Assembly: GCA_951406725.2 (NCBI GenBank)
Contig: OX597815.1
Coordinates: 185,752,001-185,816,000 of the forward strand
Length of the DNA stretch: 64,000 nt
Source of the DNA: Octopus vulgaris
Lineage: Eukaryota
Direction of reading: 5' to 3'
The notes under the pieces were generated by a model. The model was not told the origin of the DNA, did no database searches, and was given only the letters and a program-made list of their open reading frames with translations. This document shows, piece by piece, positions 13,172 to 24,960 of this stretch. A program made the translations under genes and the position numbers. Within the stretch, counting starts at the first letter, position 1. The number at the start of each line of letters is the position of its first letter.

Positions 13172-13704
13172 ATATATATATATATATATATATATATTAG
13201 CATTCCTCCTTAAAGCTCTTAGATTCTTGCAAATTCTGAATCAGTCAGTTTGTTTCCACTGAAATAAACTATTCTGCGTAGTTGGATATTCACATCCCCT
13301 TCCCCTCTCAGCTACCCCATTATACCCTATGAGAGTGATTGTCTCTACGCTCCACTAACTTTCCTTCAACAAACAAAATTCTAACATAGCAGTTTTGAGA
13401 AATTTTCAGAAATGTAACCAGTATATCATCATACATCAGGAAACACTTATTATGGACTAGTATGAAATCTCTCCTCATATCTCCAGAAATCAAACCTACT
13501 TCAATATGGATGGATTTACATTTTCATTTTCTGGGAAACTAAAAGGTTTTTTAAAATACTTTTTTAAAGCCTGTTATATGACTGTGCAACATTAAAGAAC
13601 TTTGGAAGTCCGTTTGTTATCTAAATCTGATTTTTATAGAACTATCCCTGATGTTTCAGGAGTGTAACCTCACCCCCTTAGATGTTTGGAGAACTCAGAT
13701 GTTT

Positions 13705-13794
13705 TTTCGGCTGATGAGTACGGGTCACTTATATTTACTGCAATATTTGCAGCCTTAATAAAGCTGGTCTTCGTACGAAACAATTGTACCGAAA
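13705..13794 (+). ncRNA. Type-I hammerhead ribozyme, canonical core (Penelope-like pLTR)
   Basis: tttcgg CTGATGA gtacg[49 nt]cgtac GAAAC aatt GTA ccgaaa: 6-bp stem I, stem II gtacg/cgtac, palindromic stem III acaattgt, GUA cleavage triplet. Confidence 0.9.
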
Positions 13795-14319
13795 TATTGA
13801 TCCATTTTTGTTGCTTTTTTCTTGTATATATCTCTTATTATAAAAGGCAGATTTTATCTGCCTCCCTTTGTCACTTATAGAAATCTACAATATAGGATTT
13901 CTTCAATTACAATTTACCTAGCATTTTTAAGAGTAGAATGCATCGGGTCATGCCAGGTCCAGTTTTTAAAATTTAAACTCCAATTAAGCAAAATTTACAG
14001 AAAACTCACATTCTGGTGTGTATGTCAAATGCTTTTCTTAGTCTGGTTTACAGCACATGCAAACGCACACACACAGTGTGCAACGAATAAAGTGAAACTA
14101 ATTCACTGCGTGTGTGTTGACAGGTAGACAATAGAATGCGATGGCGATGGCGATGTAATATTTGTTTCTGTCTATCACGCTGATAGATACATGAGTAATA
14201 TGTATGGCAAGCTAAGAGATAAGAGTGAGTGAAAATGTTCTTGGAAGAGAGTAAATAGCGAGAGTGATTTGAGGAAGACTTTACATTAAATAACCGTAGT
14301 GGCTTGTATATATATATAT

Positions 14320-14592
14320 ATACATACATAAGACAGTAAGGTGTGATTTGAGGGAGATTTGGCTGCTATTTCTACCATGTCTAGCTGCCATGTAGGGGTC
14401 TCCCTCATGGGCTCATACATACATATATACATAGATAAGACAGTAAGGTGTGATTTGGGGGAAATTTGGCTGCTATTTCTACCAGGTCTAGCTACCATGT
14501 AGAGGTCCCCCTCATTGGCTCATATATATATACATACATAAGACAGTAAGGTGTGATTTGAGGGAGATTTGGCTGCTGTTTCTACCAGGTCT
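14320..14592 (+). repeat. Tandem trimer of a ~105-bp unit
   Basis: taagacagtaaggtgtgatttgagggagatttggctgctatttctacc occurs three times. Confidence 0.85.
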
Positions 14593-14965
14593 GTTAGGCC
14601 TTCTCATGTAAACTCAAGCTTTCTCATGCCTTGAACATAAGACCAAAGCAGAGAATGTATTCTTTTATTCTTCTGCTTTTTCCAGCCATTGGTCTGTGGC
14701 CATGCTGGGGCAATGCCTTGAAGAATTGTAGTTTAATGAATCAACTCCAGTTTTATTTTTGTAAGCATTGTACTTATTCTATCTGTTTCCTTTGTCAAAC
14801 CACTAGGTGACAGGGATGTAAACAAACCAACATTCGTTATCAAGCAGTGGTGGAGGACAATCACAAGCACAGACACGCACACACACACATACATGCATAC
14901 ACATATACACACATACATACATACATACATATATATATATGTGTGTATATATATATTGCAGTGTG

Positions 14966-15204
14966 GAAGGTGTTTGTAAGCCATTTAAGAAACACACAAA
15001 AACCGTTAGATTCACTTCAACATTTAAATTTAATTTGCCAAAATATTTTCCTCGCTTTGAGACCGCGACCTGTTCACTGACAAAAATATCGTGCTAACAG
15101 GTCGCGGTCTCAAAGCGACGAAAATATTTTGACAAATTAAATTTAAATGTTGAAGTGAATCTAACGGTTTTTGTGTGTTTCTTAAATGGCTTATAAACAC
15201 CTTC
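14966..15204. mobile_element. Penelope-like fold-back (inverted pLTR pair) with a variant HHR
   Basis: Arms 14966-15074 and 15096-15204 are near-perfect inverted copies with a 21-nt spacer, embedded in (TA)n. Confidence 0.8.
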
Positions 15205-15286
15205 AACGTTGCAACTGTTTTCGTTCCAGCACACGATCTCAGATCAAGTCACTTGCTATGCAAGTACATCTCTGTAACTATATATA

Positions 15287-15333
<47 letters not shown>

Positions 15334-15396
15334 TGGTAAAAACAGTAAGATAACAAAAGAAAGAAAGAGACCTCAATATTATGTAAATAGAGGAAA

Positions 15397-15791
15397 TCTT
15401 TATATATAAAAGTGAGGTTGTGTGTCTGTCTCCTACGATTTAGATTCCTAACTACTCCCACATTTTGCGGTGCAGTTTAACCAAAACCGGGTATCTTATA
15501 GTCGTGATTCATATCGAGACTGTCTGGGTATTAGCGCGCGTCTACGATGAGTCTACGATTTAAAAAAAAATTTACCATCAATTTTTCCCATTTTTAATCC
15601 ATTTTTGACATATATAAGGGAAGTAACTCTCTAAAATTTATTATTAAATCTCAGAACGTAAAAAGCTACAGTAACACCCCTCCCCCTTTGTGGTTAGCCA
15701 TATTGAGATGGCTATTATACTTTACATCTTTAAAAATGCTTATATAATTATTTCCCTTACAAACCCGAGCAACGCCGGGCGATACTGCTAG
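15397..15791 (+). mobile_element. Non-autonomous Helitron
   Basis: A|TCtttatatataaaa 5' end; subterminal hairpin cccgagcaacgccggg (15764-15779); CTAG|T 3' end; no TSD. Confidence 0.8.
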
Positions 15792-16255
15792 TATATATAT
15801 AAAATACAGTGTACATTTAAACACATTAAGAGGTATCCATCATAGGACTCTCTTACGCTAGAAGGGACAGCTAAAGTCCAAACCACTAATTAGGGATAAA
15901 ATCTCGAAGGGAATAAGAACATTTACCATCTATTTCCTGGACCATGGTTTCAGACTTTTTTTAGCAAATAAAATAATTTGCGTGGTGGATTTGAAAAATT
16001 AAAATGTATAAGCAATAGGTACATGCTGGATTTGCCATGTGCTTGTATGTTTTATCTAGGTGTACCTGTTGACGAAGACTTCGCCTAGTCTGATCGGGCA
16101 GTGTTTCTACAGCTGGATGCCCTTCCTAACACCAACCACTCTGTGAGTGTAGTAGGTGCTTTTTATGCACCACCGGCACAGGGGCCAGAGGAGCTGGCAT
16201 CAACCACGATCGGATGGTGATTTTTACATGCCACCAGCACAGAAGCCAGTCAAAT

Positions 16256-16306
<51 letters not shown>

Positions 16307-16849
16307 CATACATACGACAGGCTTCTTTCAGTTTTCATCTACCAAATCCACTCACAAGGCTTTGGTCAACCTGAGGATATAGTAGAAAACACTCCAGGTG
16401 CCATGCAGTGGGACTGAACCCGGAACCACATGGTTGGTAAGCAAGCTACTTACCACACAGCCACTCCTGTGCCTAGAAATTCTTGTCCATGCATTTTCTT
16501 TGTTGTCAGTCAGCAAATAATGTTTTTCTTCTTTTTCTGCAACTAAATCCCTTTGATTTGAAAAAGTTTGTCAAGAAATCAACTTTTTATATTAGATTGA
16601 GTTTGGTTCTTTAAGTGGGAGGAAGAAAACATTCGTTGGAGAAATTGGTAACAATTTTCTGATGGTAATTTAAAATAAACAACATTTAATACAACAGTTG
16701 GTTCTTAATTAAAGGTTGCCCAAAGATATTTTGATTACACAACCATTAGCAACGTTCAGTGAAGTTAATTGGCAAAATGGAAGAGTAAATGAGAGTAGAA
16801 AGATGCCGAGATGATGAAGAAATGCCATAGCAACAATAGAGTCAGGGAA

Positions 16850-17136
16850 TCATCATCATCACCAGCTTTCATCTTCCTCATCATCATAACCATCACAACC
16901 ATCATCACCATCATCATCATCACCACTATCATTACCATCATCATCATAACCATCACCATCATCATCATAACCATCATCATCATAACCATCACCACCATCA
17001 TCATAACCATCATCATCATCGTCATCATCATCATTATAACCATCACCACCACCATCATCATCACCATCGTCACCACCACTACCACCATCATCACCATCGT
17101 CACCACCACCACCACCACCATCATCATCATCATAAC

Positions 17137-17167
<31 letters not shown>

Positions 17168-17480
17168 GTCACCATCACCAAGTTCATCCTCCTTCTTGTC
17201 AATGTTGCCTTTATCTTCATCAGTGCCATCATCATCGCTGTCATCGTTCTCATCATTACCCTCTTCAGTATCATCACAGTTGTCATGATCATTGTCATTA
17301 TTCTTGCCAATGCTGTCATCATTATCAGTGCCACTGTCATCGTTGTTGTCATCCATCATTACCCTTCTACCATTGCTGTCATCACCATCATTTTCATTAT
17401 CATCTGAAACTCTGTCATCAGCATACTTATTGACATCTTTATCATCATCATCATCATTGTAATTATCATCATCATCATAT
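16850..17480. repeat. Degenerate (CAT/CAC)n tract
   Basis: catcatcaccatcataac runs; source of the poly-D/M/I ORFs. Confidence 0.93.
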
Positions 17481-18030
17481 CAAAGTGAAATTCGATGACA
17501 GGCACCCGTGCTAGCGGGGTGCAAAGAGCACCATACGAGTGTGATTGTTGACAGAGCGGCTAACTGGCTTCCGTGCCAGTGGCACATAAAAGGCACCATT
17601 CGAGCGTGATCGTTACCAGCGTCACATTACTGGCACTTGTGCCCCATGCTAGTAGGGTGCTAAGAGCCCCATTGAGCGAGATCATTGCCAGAGCAGCTAA
17701 CTGGCTTCCGTGCCGGCGGCATGTAAAAGGTATCATTCAAGTGGGATCGTTACAAGCATCGTCTTACTGGCACCTGTGCTGGTGGCATGTGTAAAAAGAT
17801 TCAAGCGAGGTCGTTGCCAGTACCACCTGACTGGCCCCCCCCCCATGCCGGTGGCACGTAAAAAGCACCCACGACACTCTCGGAGTGGTTGGCGTTAGGA
17901 AGGGCATCCAGCTGTAGAAACTCTGCCAGATCAAGACTGGAGCCTGGTGCAGCCATCTGGTTTGCCAGCCCTCAGTCAAACCGTCCAACCCATGCTAGCA
18001 TGGAAAGAGAACGTTAAACGATGATGATGA
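17480..18030 (+). mobile_element. Family C long copy with multiple sub-repeats
   Basis: Repeated actggcttccgtgcc...ggcacgtaaaa units, then the ggaagggcatcc core and a (gat)n tail. Confidence 0.85.
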
Positions 18031-18511
18031 TCATCATCATCATCTTCATGAATAGTAGTGATAGCGCAAGCAATATTTTCATGACCCCTAAGGTGCCAAC
18101 CTAGCAGAATTGCTACCATGCCAGACTTGGCTGAGTGGTAAGGAGCTTGCTTCCTAACCACATGGTTCTGAGTTCAGTCACACTGCAAGGCACCTTGGGC
18201 CGACCAATGCCATGTGAGTCGATTTGGTAGACAGAAACTGAAATAAGCCCAGAAAGCTGGCAGAAACTTTAGCACACCGGGTGAAATGCTTAGAGGTATT
18301 TTGTCTGTCATTATGTTCCGAGTTCAAACTCAGCCAAGGTTGACTTTCAGCATATGGCATCCAGTCGCACCTGTACAGGTAATGTCAATTTGACATAAGG
18401 AGTGAGCTTATGTCTACACAGACCTTTGATCACTATAAACAAATCATCTGTGTGGTTGATCGGCAAGAAATTGTCAAACCTTCATATGTCATGTAATGAT
18501 GGGAGAGTCCG

Positions 18512-18555
<44 letters not shown>

Positions 18556-18671
18556 ATATTTCGGAATGGTCATTTTGCCAGTTTAGCCAATAAAAACACA
18601 CGCACTATATATTTGGTGTTATTTTGCTTCAGTGTTATTTATTTTTTACATTAATCTTAATCATATTTCGG

Positions 18672-18711
18672 CCAGAGTTCTTTCGTCACACTCCTGTGAC
18701 CGCATCAGTGG
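18672..18711 (-). ncRNA. HHR-like motif with a CUGAUGC core
   Basis: Minus strand: cca CTGATGC g gtcac aggagt gtgac GAAAG aa CTC tgg, inside a TA-flanked insert (18550-18790). Confidence 0.5.
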
Positions 18712-19339
18712 TCCTTTGTTTTCTTCTTTCTTATTTGTGTCTCTCCTTACTAACCGTCAGCCATTTTGTATTTCTCTTGTATGTCTTCATTTATATATAT
18801 ATATATATATATAACAAATATAAGGGTAAATAATTATTAATTTAATAATTAATAAATTTACCAAGTAGTTTGGTATGGAAAGAGAACCATTATCGGTAGA
18901 AACTTTTACAAAAAGTTTTTTTTTTATATATAAATATAATTAAGGGTTAAGCAACAAGGACAGTGAGAACAAACAATGAGGGCTGTTAAGTGAAGACGAT
19001 GGAAAAATTATTCTGAATGCTTAAGGAGACGAGCTTATGACGAGTTTAGTCTTTGCGGAGGTAGTAGTCAGAAAGATAGATTCGCTCTCGTCACATGTCA
19101 GCGACGAGAGAGTCGAGGAGGAGGAGTGAGAAAGAGGGATCGGTGAAGGGAAGAGGAGAAGAATACTTCTTCTTTACTATCTCTTCTCTGTCTATCTCAT
19201 TCCCTCTCTTGTTCTTCATCCTTTCCGGGTTTTCTCTCCCACCCTTCCCTATTCTTCTCCTATTCTTTGACGGGCATGCTAATGCTTCAGCCAACTCGCT
19301 CTTTCAACAATTTGCATTTGCCAAACGTAAAATTTTTTA

Positions 19340-19561
19340 TTCTTTTATTTGTTTCATTCATTTGACTGTGGCCATGCTGGAGCACCGCCTTTAGTCGAAT
19401 CAAATCGCCCCTCAGGACTTATTCTTTGTAAGCCTAGTACTTATTCTATCAGTCCCTTTTTCAGAACCACTAAGTTACGGAGACCTAAACTCCCCAGCGT
19501 TGGTTGTGAAGTGATGTTGGGGGGAGGGGGGAACAAACACAGATACACAACATATACACAC

Positions 19562-19608
<47 letters not shown>

Positions 19609-19675
19609 TATATACGATGGGTTTCTTTCAGTTTCATCGGTTGTCAAGCGATGTTGGGGGTTCAAACACAAACAT

Positions 19676-19716
<41 letters not shown>

Positions 19717-19883
19717 CATATACGACAGGCTTCTTTCAGTTTCCATCTACCAAATCCACTCACAAGGCTTTAGTCTGCCCGAGGCTATAGTAGAAGACAC
19801 ATGCCCAAGGTGCTGCGCAGTGGGACTGAACCCAGAACCATGTGGTTGGTAAGCAAGCTACTTACCACACAGCCACTCCTGCA
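19340..19883 (-). mobile_element. SINE family A with an internal duplication
   Basis: The segment ggttgtcaagcgatgttgggg-(CA/TA)n-ggcttctttcagttt is present twice. Confidence 0.88.
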
Positions 19884-21548
19884 CTGATGGATCTTGAATA
19901 TAACTTTAAAATAATCACAGTCATTATTCTAAAAGAGAGTCAGGTACATCAACATCAAAATAAATATCTAATGGAAATTGTAGTTGTGATACTTGTGCCG
20001 GTGGCACATAAAAAGCACCATCCGAACATGGCCGATGCTAGCACCACCTTGACCGGCTTCTGTGCCGGTGGCACGTAAAAAGTACCAACCGATCGTGGAT
20101 GCTGCGAGCCTCCCCTGGCACCTGTGCCGGTGGCACGTAAAAAGCACCTACTACACTTACGGAGTGGTTGGCGTTAGGAAGGGCATCCAGCTGTAGAAAC
20201 ACTGCCAGATCAGACTGGAGCCTGGTGCAGCCTCCTGGCTTCCCAGACCCCGGTTGAACCATCAAACCCGTGCTAGCACGGAAAACAGATGTTGAACGAT
20301 GATGATGATGATAATCCTAACAGATTTTTAAACTCTTAAATACTTTAATATGTTGCAGATAAGCAGTTCTCATTAATATCCAATGTTTAATATATTATCA
20401 CCGATCTCACATGAATTATTGAACTGAAACCTCTGCAGTTTAGTAGTCTGTAACTCCTAACATCTGAACCTGACTTGTACACTTGTATCTCCATTGAGAT
20501 CTTTTCTGTAACAATTGCCTTATTGTTCACTCAGTACCTGGAGTAATATAATTGCTACAATCTATGTCCTTTGAATCTTCTGGCCCTTCAAATTAGCTAA
20601 TTGGTTCGAAATTTCCTAACTCTTTGTCAAATAGACTTAGCTCTAGTCAAATATAATGATGCTAATATCAAAAAATAATCAAAACAAAAAAAGAAAAGAA
20701 AAAGCCTGAAACTTATCAGAGAAACAAAAAGAAAATGAATGCAAATAAAGGATAATTTTTTTTTTGTTTTTTAACTGCAAGCTAAACAGCTGTAAGTTTT
20801 TTTGTTTTTATTCCTTTTTTTACATTATTGGAACACGTACGTTTAAGCTAATGGTCTTTTTCTCCCCATTGCCAAGGGGAATGAATACATGCGGATTATT
20901 AATTTGTTAATTGTATAAATGATCAATTCATATTAAACATAATGTTCCAGTCAGGCTAATATAATGTGCATCCATGCGTGACTACATTCATTTATTTATA
21001 TCTTCTTATCAATTAAACCTTAGAATCCAATTTAGGTCTGATTGTAGTAATTGCAGTTAATTAAGCCTAGCTGATTAATGGAAAGTAACGTTTCCTCGCA
21101 AGAAAAAGAGCCTCAAATTTTAAGGGTGGATACTGTAGTCAATTGGTAACTTATTTATCATTTGAGAGGCTTTCAGATGGGCATGGACATGCCTGTGAAC
21201 TTAAGAAGGGTCTTCTATTACAACCCAAGATGATCAACATATTTGGAGTGAATTTGGCTTGGGTGACGGAAACTGTGCAGAAGCCTAGAGGAATTGGTAA
21301 AGGGTTTGAGGCTTTTGTTACTCTTCTACTTTTTTACTTGTTTCAGAAATCTGACTGAGGCACTGCCTTTAGTCAAACAAATTGATCCCAGGACTTATTC
21401 TTTGTAAGCCTATTTCTAAGACATTCTTTGTATACCTACTTATTCTATCAGTCTCTTATGCCGAACTGCTAAGTTATGGGGATGTAGACACACCATCTGT
21501 TGTCAAGTGATGTTGGGGAGGACAAACACAGACACTCAAACATACACC

Positions 21549-21604
<56 letters not shown>

Positions 21605-21929
21605 TATATATATATATATATAAAGTAAAAGGTAAAGTCAAAAGGAAGAGTAAGTACAGTTAGGCAGCTTTTTAATTGCTACAAATGTTTCGATACATAC
21701 AGGTCCTCATATATACAGGATTTAAAGTTAAGTTTAAATTATATTATGTTATGATTTACCTGTATAAGAAGATCTATATGTATCTCCTCAGGCAATACTT
21801 AGTTGCTGTCTCTGTAAGTAGATCTAGATTTCCATGCTACAACATCCATGTGGTTGGTAAGCAAGCTACTTACCACACAGCCACTCCTGTGCCCTTGTTT
21901 CTTAAAGAAACGTAGTGTTTAGGATTTTC

Positions 21930-22185
21930 ACCTTAGTGGTTAGGGGATTCAGGATTGTGAGGTCAGGAGTTCGATTCCCAGTGGCATGATGTGTCCTTGA
22001 GCAAAACACTTTATTTCATGTTACTCCAGTCCATTCAGCTGGCCAAAATGAGGAGCATTTTAAAGGACCAGTTTTTTGTCATGTCTTGGGTCATGCTGAA
22101 TCTCCCTGAGAACTACATGGAGAGTGTGCATCTCTGTGGAGTGCTCAGTCAGTTGCAGGTTAAGTCTATGTGCAGGCTCTTCTTA
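21930..22185 (+). mobile_element. Old tRNA-derived SINE (CORE/V-like)
   Basis: ttagtggttagggg...gagttcgattccc...gtgtccttgagcaaaacacttt. Confidence 0.6.
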
Positions 22186-22454
22186 TTTCTTTATTGCCCA
22201 CAATGGGCTAAACATAGAGGGGACAAACAAGGACAGACAAACGGATTAAGTCGATTACATCAACCCAGTGCATAACTGGTACTTAATTTATCGACTCTGA
22301 AATGATGAAAGGCAAAGTCGACCTCAGAGGAATGTGAACTCAGAACGCACTGGCAGACGAAATACCGCTAAGCATTTCGCCCTGTGTGCAGGCTCTTCTG
22401 TTGATTAGATTAACCGGGACCTCATCATAGTAACCAATGGGACGCCTGTCACTG

Positions 22455-22790
22455 CAATGTAGTGAGAGATTTGGGCCTTAAATGTAGAAGACCTGAGGAA
22501 CTAGAGAGGAGTAATGCAATCATGGTCCAATGAATGTATAATGTTTGAGAACTGAGAGAAAACTTGAGTATAAGAGAAATCGGCCGTTGTATACAAATCG
22601 GGTGTGGTGTATCCATTGGTCTGGATATAAAGCATATGGAGGAATGACTGCAGCATAAGGAAGTCTTGTGTGCTTCAGATTAGCAGGAACTTACAGAAAC
22701 CAAAGTAGAAATGGAATGAAGTGAGAAAGGCTGAGCAAAGGACCACACTGACTGGCAATGTGTTGTACTACAAAAGACCTGTACATCAAT
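22455..22790 (+). pseudogene. Decayed RTE-type LINE RT C-terminal region
   Basis: Broken frames resembling SETWALNVEDL..LER..MVRWM..ELREKL..W.EV. A similar ORF end at 40445-40600 reads GVPRKTC..VKDNFRTLNLTEEMTKDRGIW. Confidence 0.6.
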
Positions 22791-22800
22791 GGGGACATAT

Positions 22801-23202
22801 ACCTATTTCTTTACTGCCTACAAGGGGCTAAACACAGAGGGTACAAACAAGGACAGACAAACGGATTAAGTCGATTACATCGACCCCAGTGCATAACTGG
22901 TACTTATTTAATCGACCCCGAAAGGATGAAAGGCAAAGTCGACCTCGGCGGAATTTGAACTCAGAACGTAACGGCAGACTAAATACCTATTTCTGTACTA
23001 CCCACAAGGGGCTAAACACAGAGAGGACAAACAAGGACAGACAAACGGATTAAGTCGATTACATCGATCACAGTGCATAACTGGTACTTATTTAATCGAC
23101 CTCCGAAAGGATGAGAGGCAAAGTCGACCTCGGCAGAATTTGAACTCAGAACGTAGCGGCATTTCGCCCGTCATGCTAGCCATTCTGCCAGCTCGCCGCC
23201 TT
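22801..23202 (-). mobile_element. SINE family B dimer
   Basis: Two body units plus a head, flanked by atgg(g/t)gacatatacc. A monomer at 22182-22383 is flanked by tgtgcaggctcttct. Confidence 0.9.
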
Positions 23203-24640
23203 ATGGTGACATATACCCTAACTCAAGGGTAGTATTTGAGGCTGTAATATTTCAAGGTCATACCTATATTTCCTGTCCTTTCACTTCACATCTTTGCCAC
23301 CAGTGATGCACCCCATTTTTTCCCCCTGCCTCCTCCTCACTCATGGCCTTCCATCTTTCTTCTCTCCACCATTTAAGCTTATGCTTGTTCCATTATCCAT
23401 ATGTTATTCATTCCGAAAAATACTTCATAAGTACCAAATATTAGACTATTTCCTGCTAAGAGTTAAACTAAACGAATATGACAGCCATTATGTCATTTGC
23501 TTAATGTTAACGTTAAATGCATTTAAATATATACATCTGTATGTATGTATATTTTATCATCATCTTCATTTTATGTATGCTTTCTATGTTAGCATCATCA
23601 TCATCATAATAATCATTGTTCATTCATTTTCCTATAAAGTGTCTTGCCATGTTGTAGCTTTCACCTTTTCTGTGTATTGCTTTTTCTGTCTGCCTACTTT
23701 GCTGGTCCTTCCAATATGGATGTCCTGGCACTTCTTTAGCAGTCAGACATCATCCAAACCTATTTATCCATCTATCCACCTACCTACCTACCTACCTATA
23801 CACATACACAGTGTGCGATGGGTAAATTGTCATTCTATATTTTTAATTTCGTGTCACAGTAGAGTAGAGTCAGTTGGGCACACTGTCTGTGAGAAAAACA
23901 GTACCATAATACAATTCACTCCGCTAGAAATTTAGAAACAACATGCTGTACTGCTTGGCATTTGTGCCAGAAACTCTAATACAATCATTTCAGAGTGTCT
24001 GGGTGTCAATCTGAGGACAATGTACCGAGAGTGATAAAAATCAAATGTCCAATCAACATCATGGCATTTGGAGTGATCAGTAGTGATGGCGACGTTATGC
24101 CTCCTTTCATCTTCCCACACAGCCTCAGACTTAACAAGAAGGCCTGCATCAAGTGCTGGATGAGGTAGTGCTGCCCTGGGTCAAGAGGGTGGCTGCCGGA
24201 AGACCCTAGGTCTCGCAACAGGACTCTGCACCATGCCACACAAGCAGCAGAACCCAGTCATGGCTGTCAGACAATTTCTGCAACCACATCATCCCTAACA
24301 TCTGGCCACCTAACTCCCCAGATTGCAACCTCCTTGGTTATTATGTATGGGGTACAAATGAGAAAGTGACCAACAAAACCCCTTGTAACACCAAAGATGA
24401 ACTGGAGGCAAGGATTATGACAGCATTCACCAACTTAAACAAAAAGACTATACAGAAGAGTTGCAGGAGATTCCCAAATCATCTGGAGGCTGCAGTTGAA
24501 ACCAATGGGGATTTTATTGAATAAATTCACTCTTAAATATTTCAAGATATTTTTTATGTAATTTTGGTAAATATATCTGTTAAAATGAGATGTCAGTGTT
24601 GTTTTCACTTTTGTGTAATTTAGAGGACAATATATTCAAT

Positions 24641-24960
24641 TTTTTATTGTTTCTGGGTGAGGAGTCATTCTTTTTTAGTGCCTTACTAATTTAACATACT
24701 CACCAATCTGATTTCCACTCATTTACTTATTATATTTTACTAAAATTTTCGTTGCGACTTGCAACATTTTCAATAGTCATTGATTCTGTCCATTATTGGA
24801 ACTGCGTTCTTTTTGTTTTAGTAAAAAATAAGTAAATGAGTGGAAATCAGACCAGTGAGTGTGTTAAATTAATAAGGCACTAAAAGAGAATGACTCTCTC
24901 CAGACAATAAAATATGCTTCAACACACGAATTCACATAAAGAATCTTGCAAACCAAATAC
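24641..24960. mobile_element. Penelope-like fold-back inserted in the maT right end
   Basis: Inverted arms at ~24641-24745 and 24815-24912. The same family occurs at 40760-40950. Confidence 0.75.
24739..24777 (-). ncRNA. Minimal HHR, U3-A8 core variant
   Basis: Minus strand: acta TTGAAAA t gttgc aagtc gcaac GAAAA TTT tagt. Confidence 0.65.

Noticed and set aside
16066-16092. HHR-like ttgacgaagac..gtc
   Set aside because: There is no adjacent GAAA or stem III because SINE sequence follows, and positions 3/8 do not form a Watson-Crick pair.
16765-17407. Asp/Gly-rich (biomineral-like) or Met/Ile-rich ORFs
   Set aside because: They derive from a (CAT)n tract; similar tracts are scattered across the window.
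23294-23935. 213-aa hydrophobic ORF (likewise 40445-40972)
   Set aside because: It is a low-complexity T-rich frame crossing repeat boundaries, with no family motifs.
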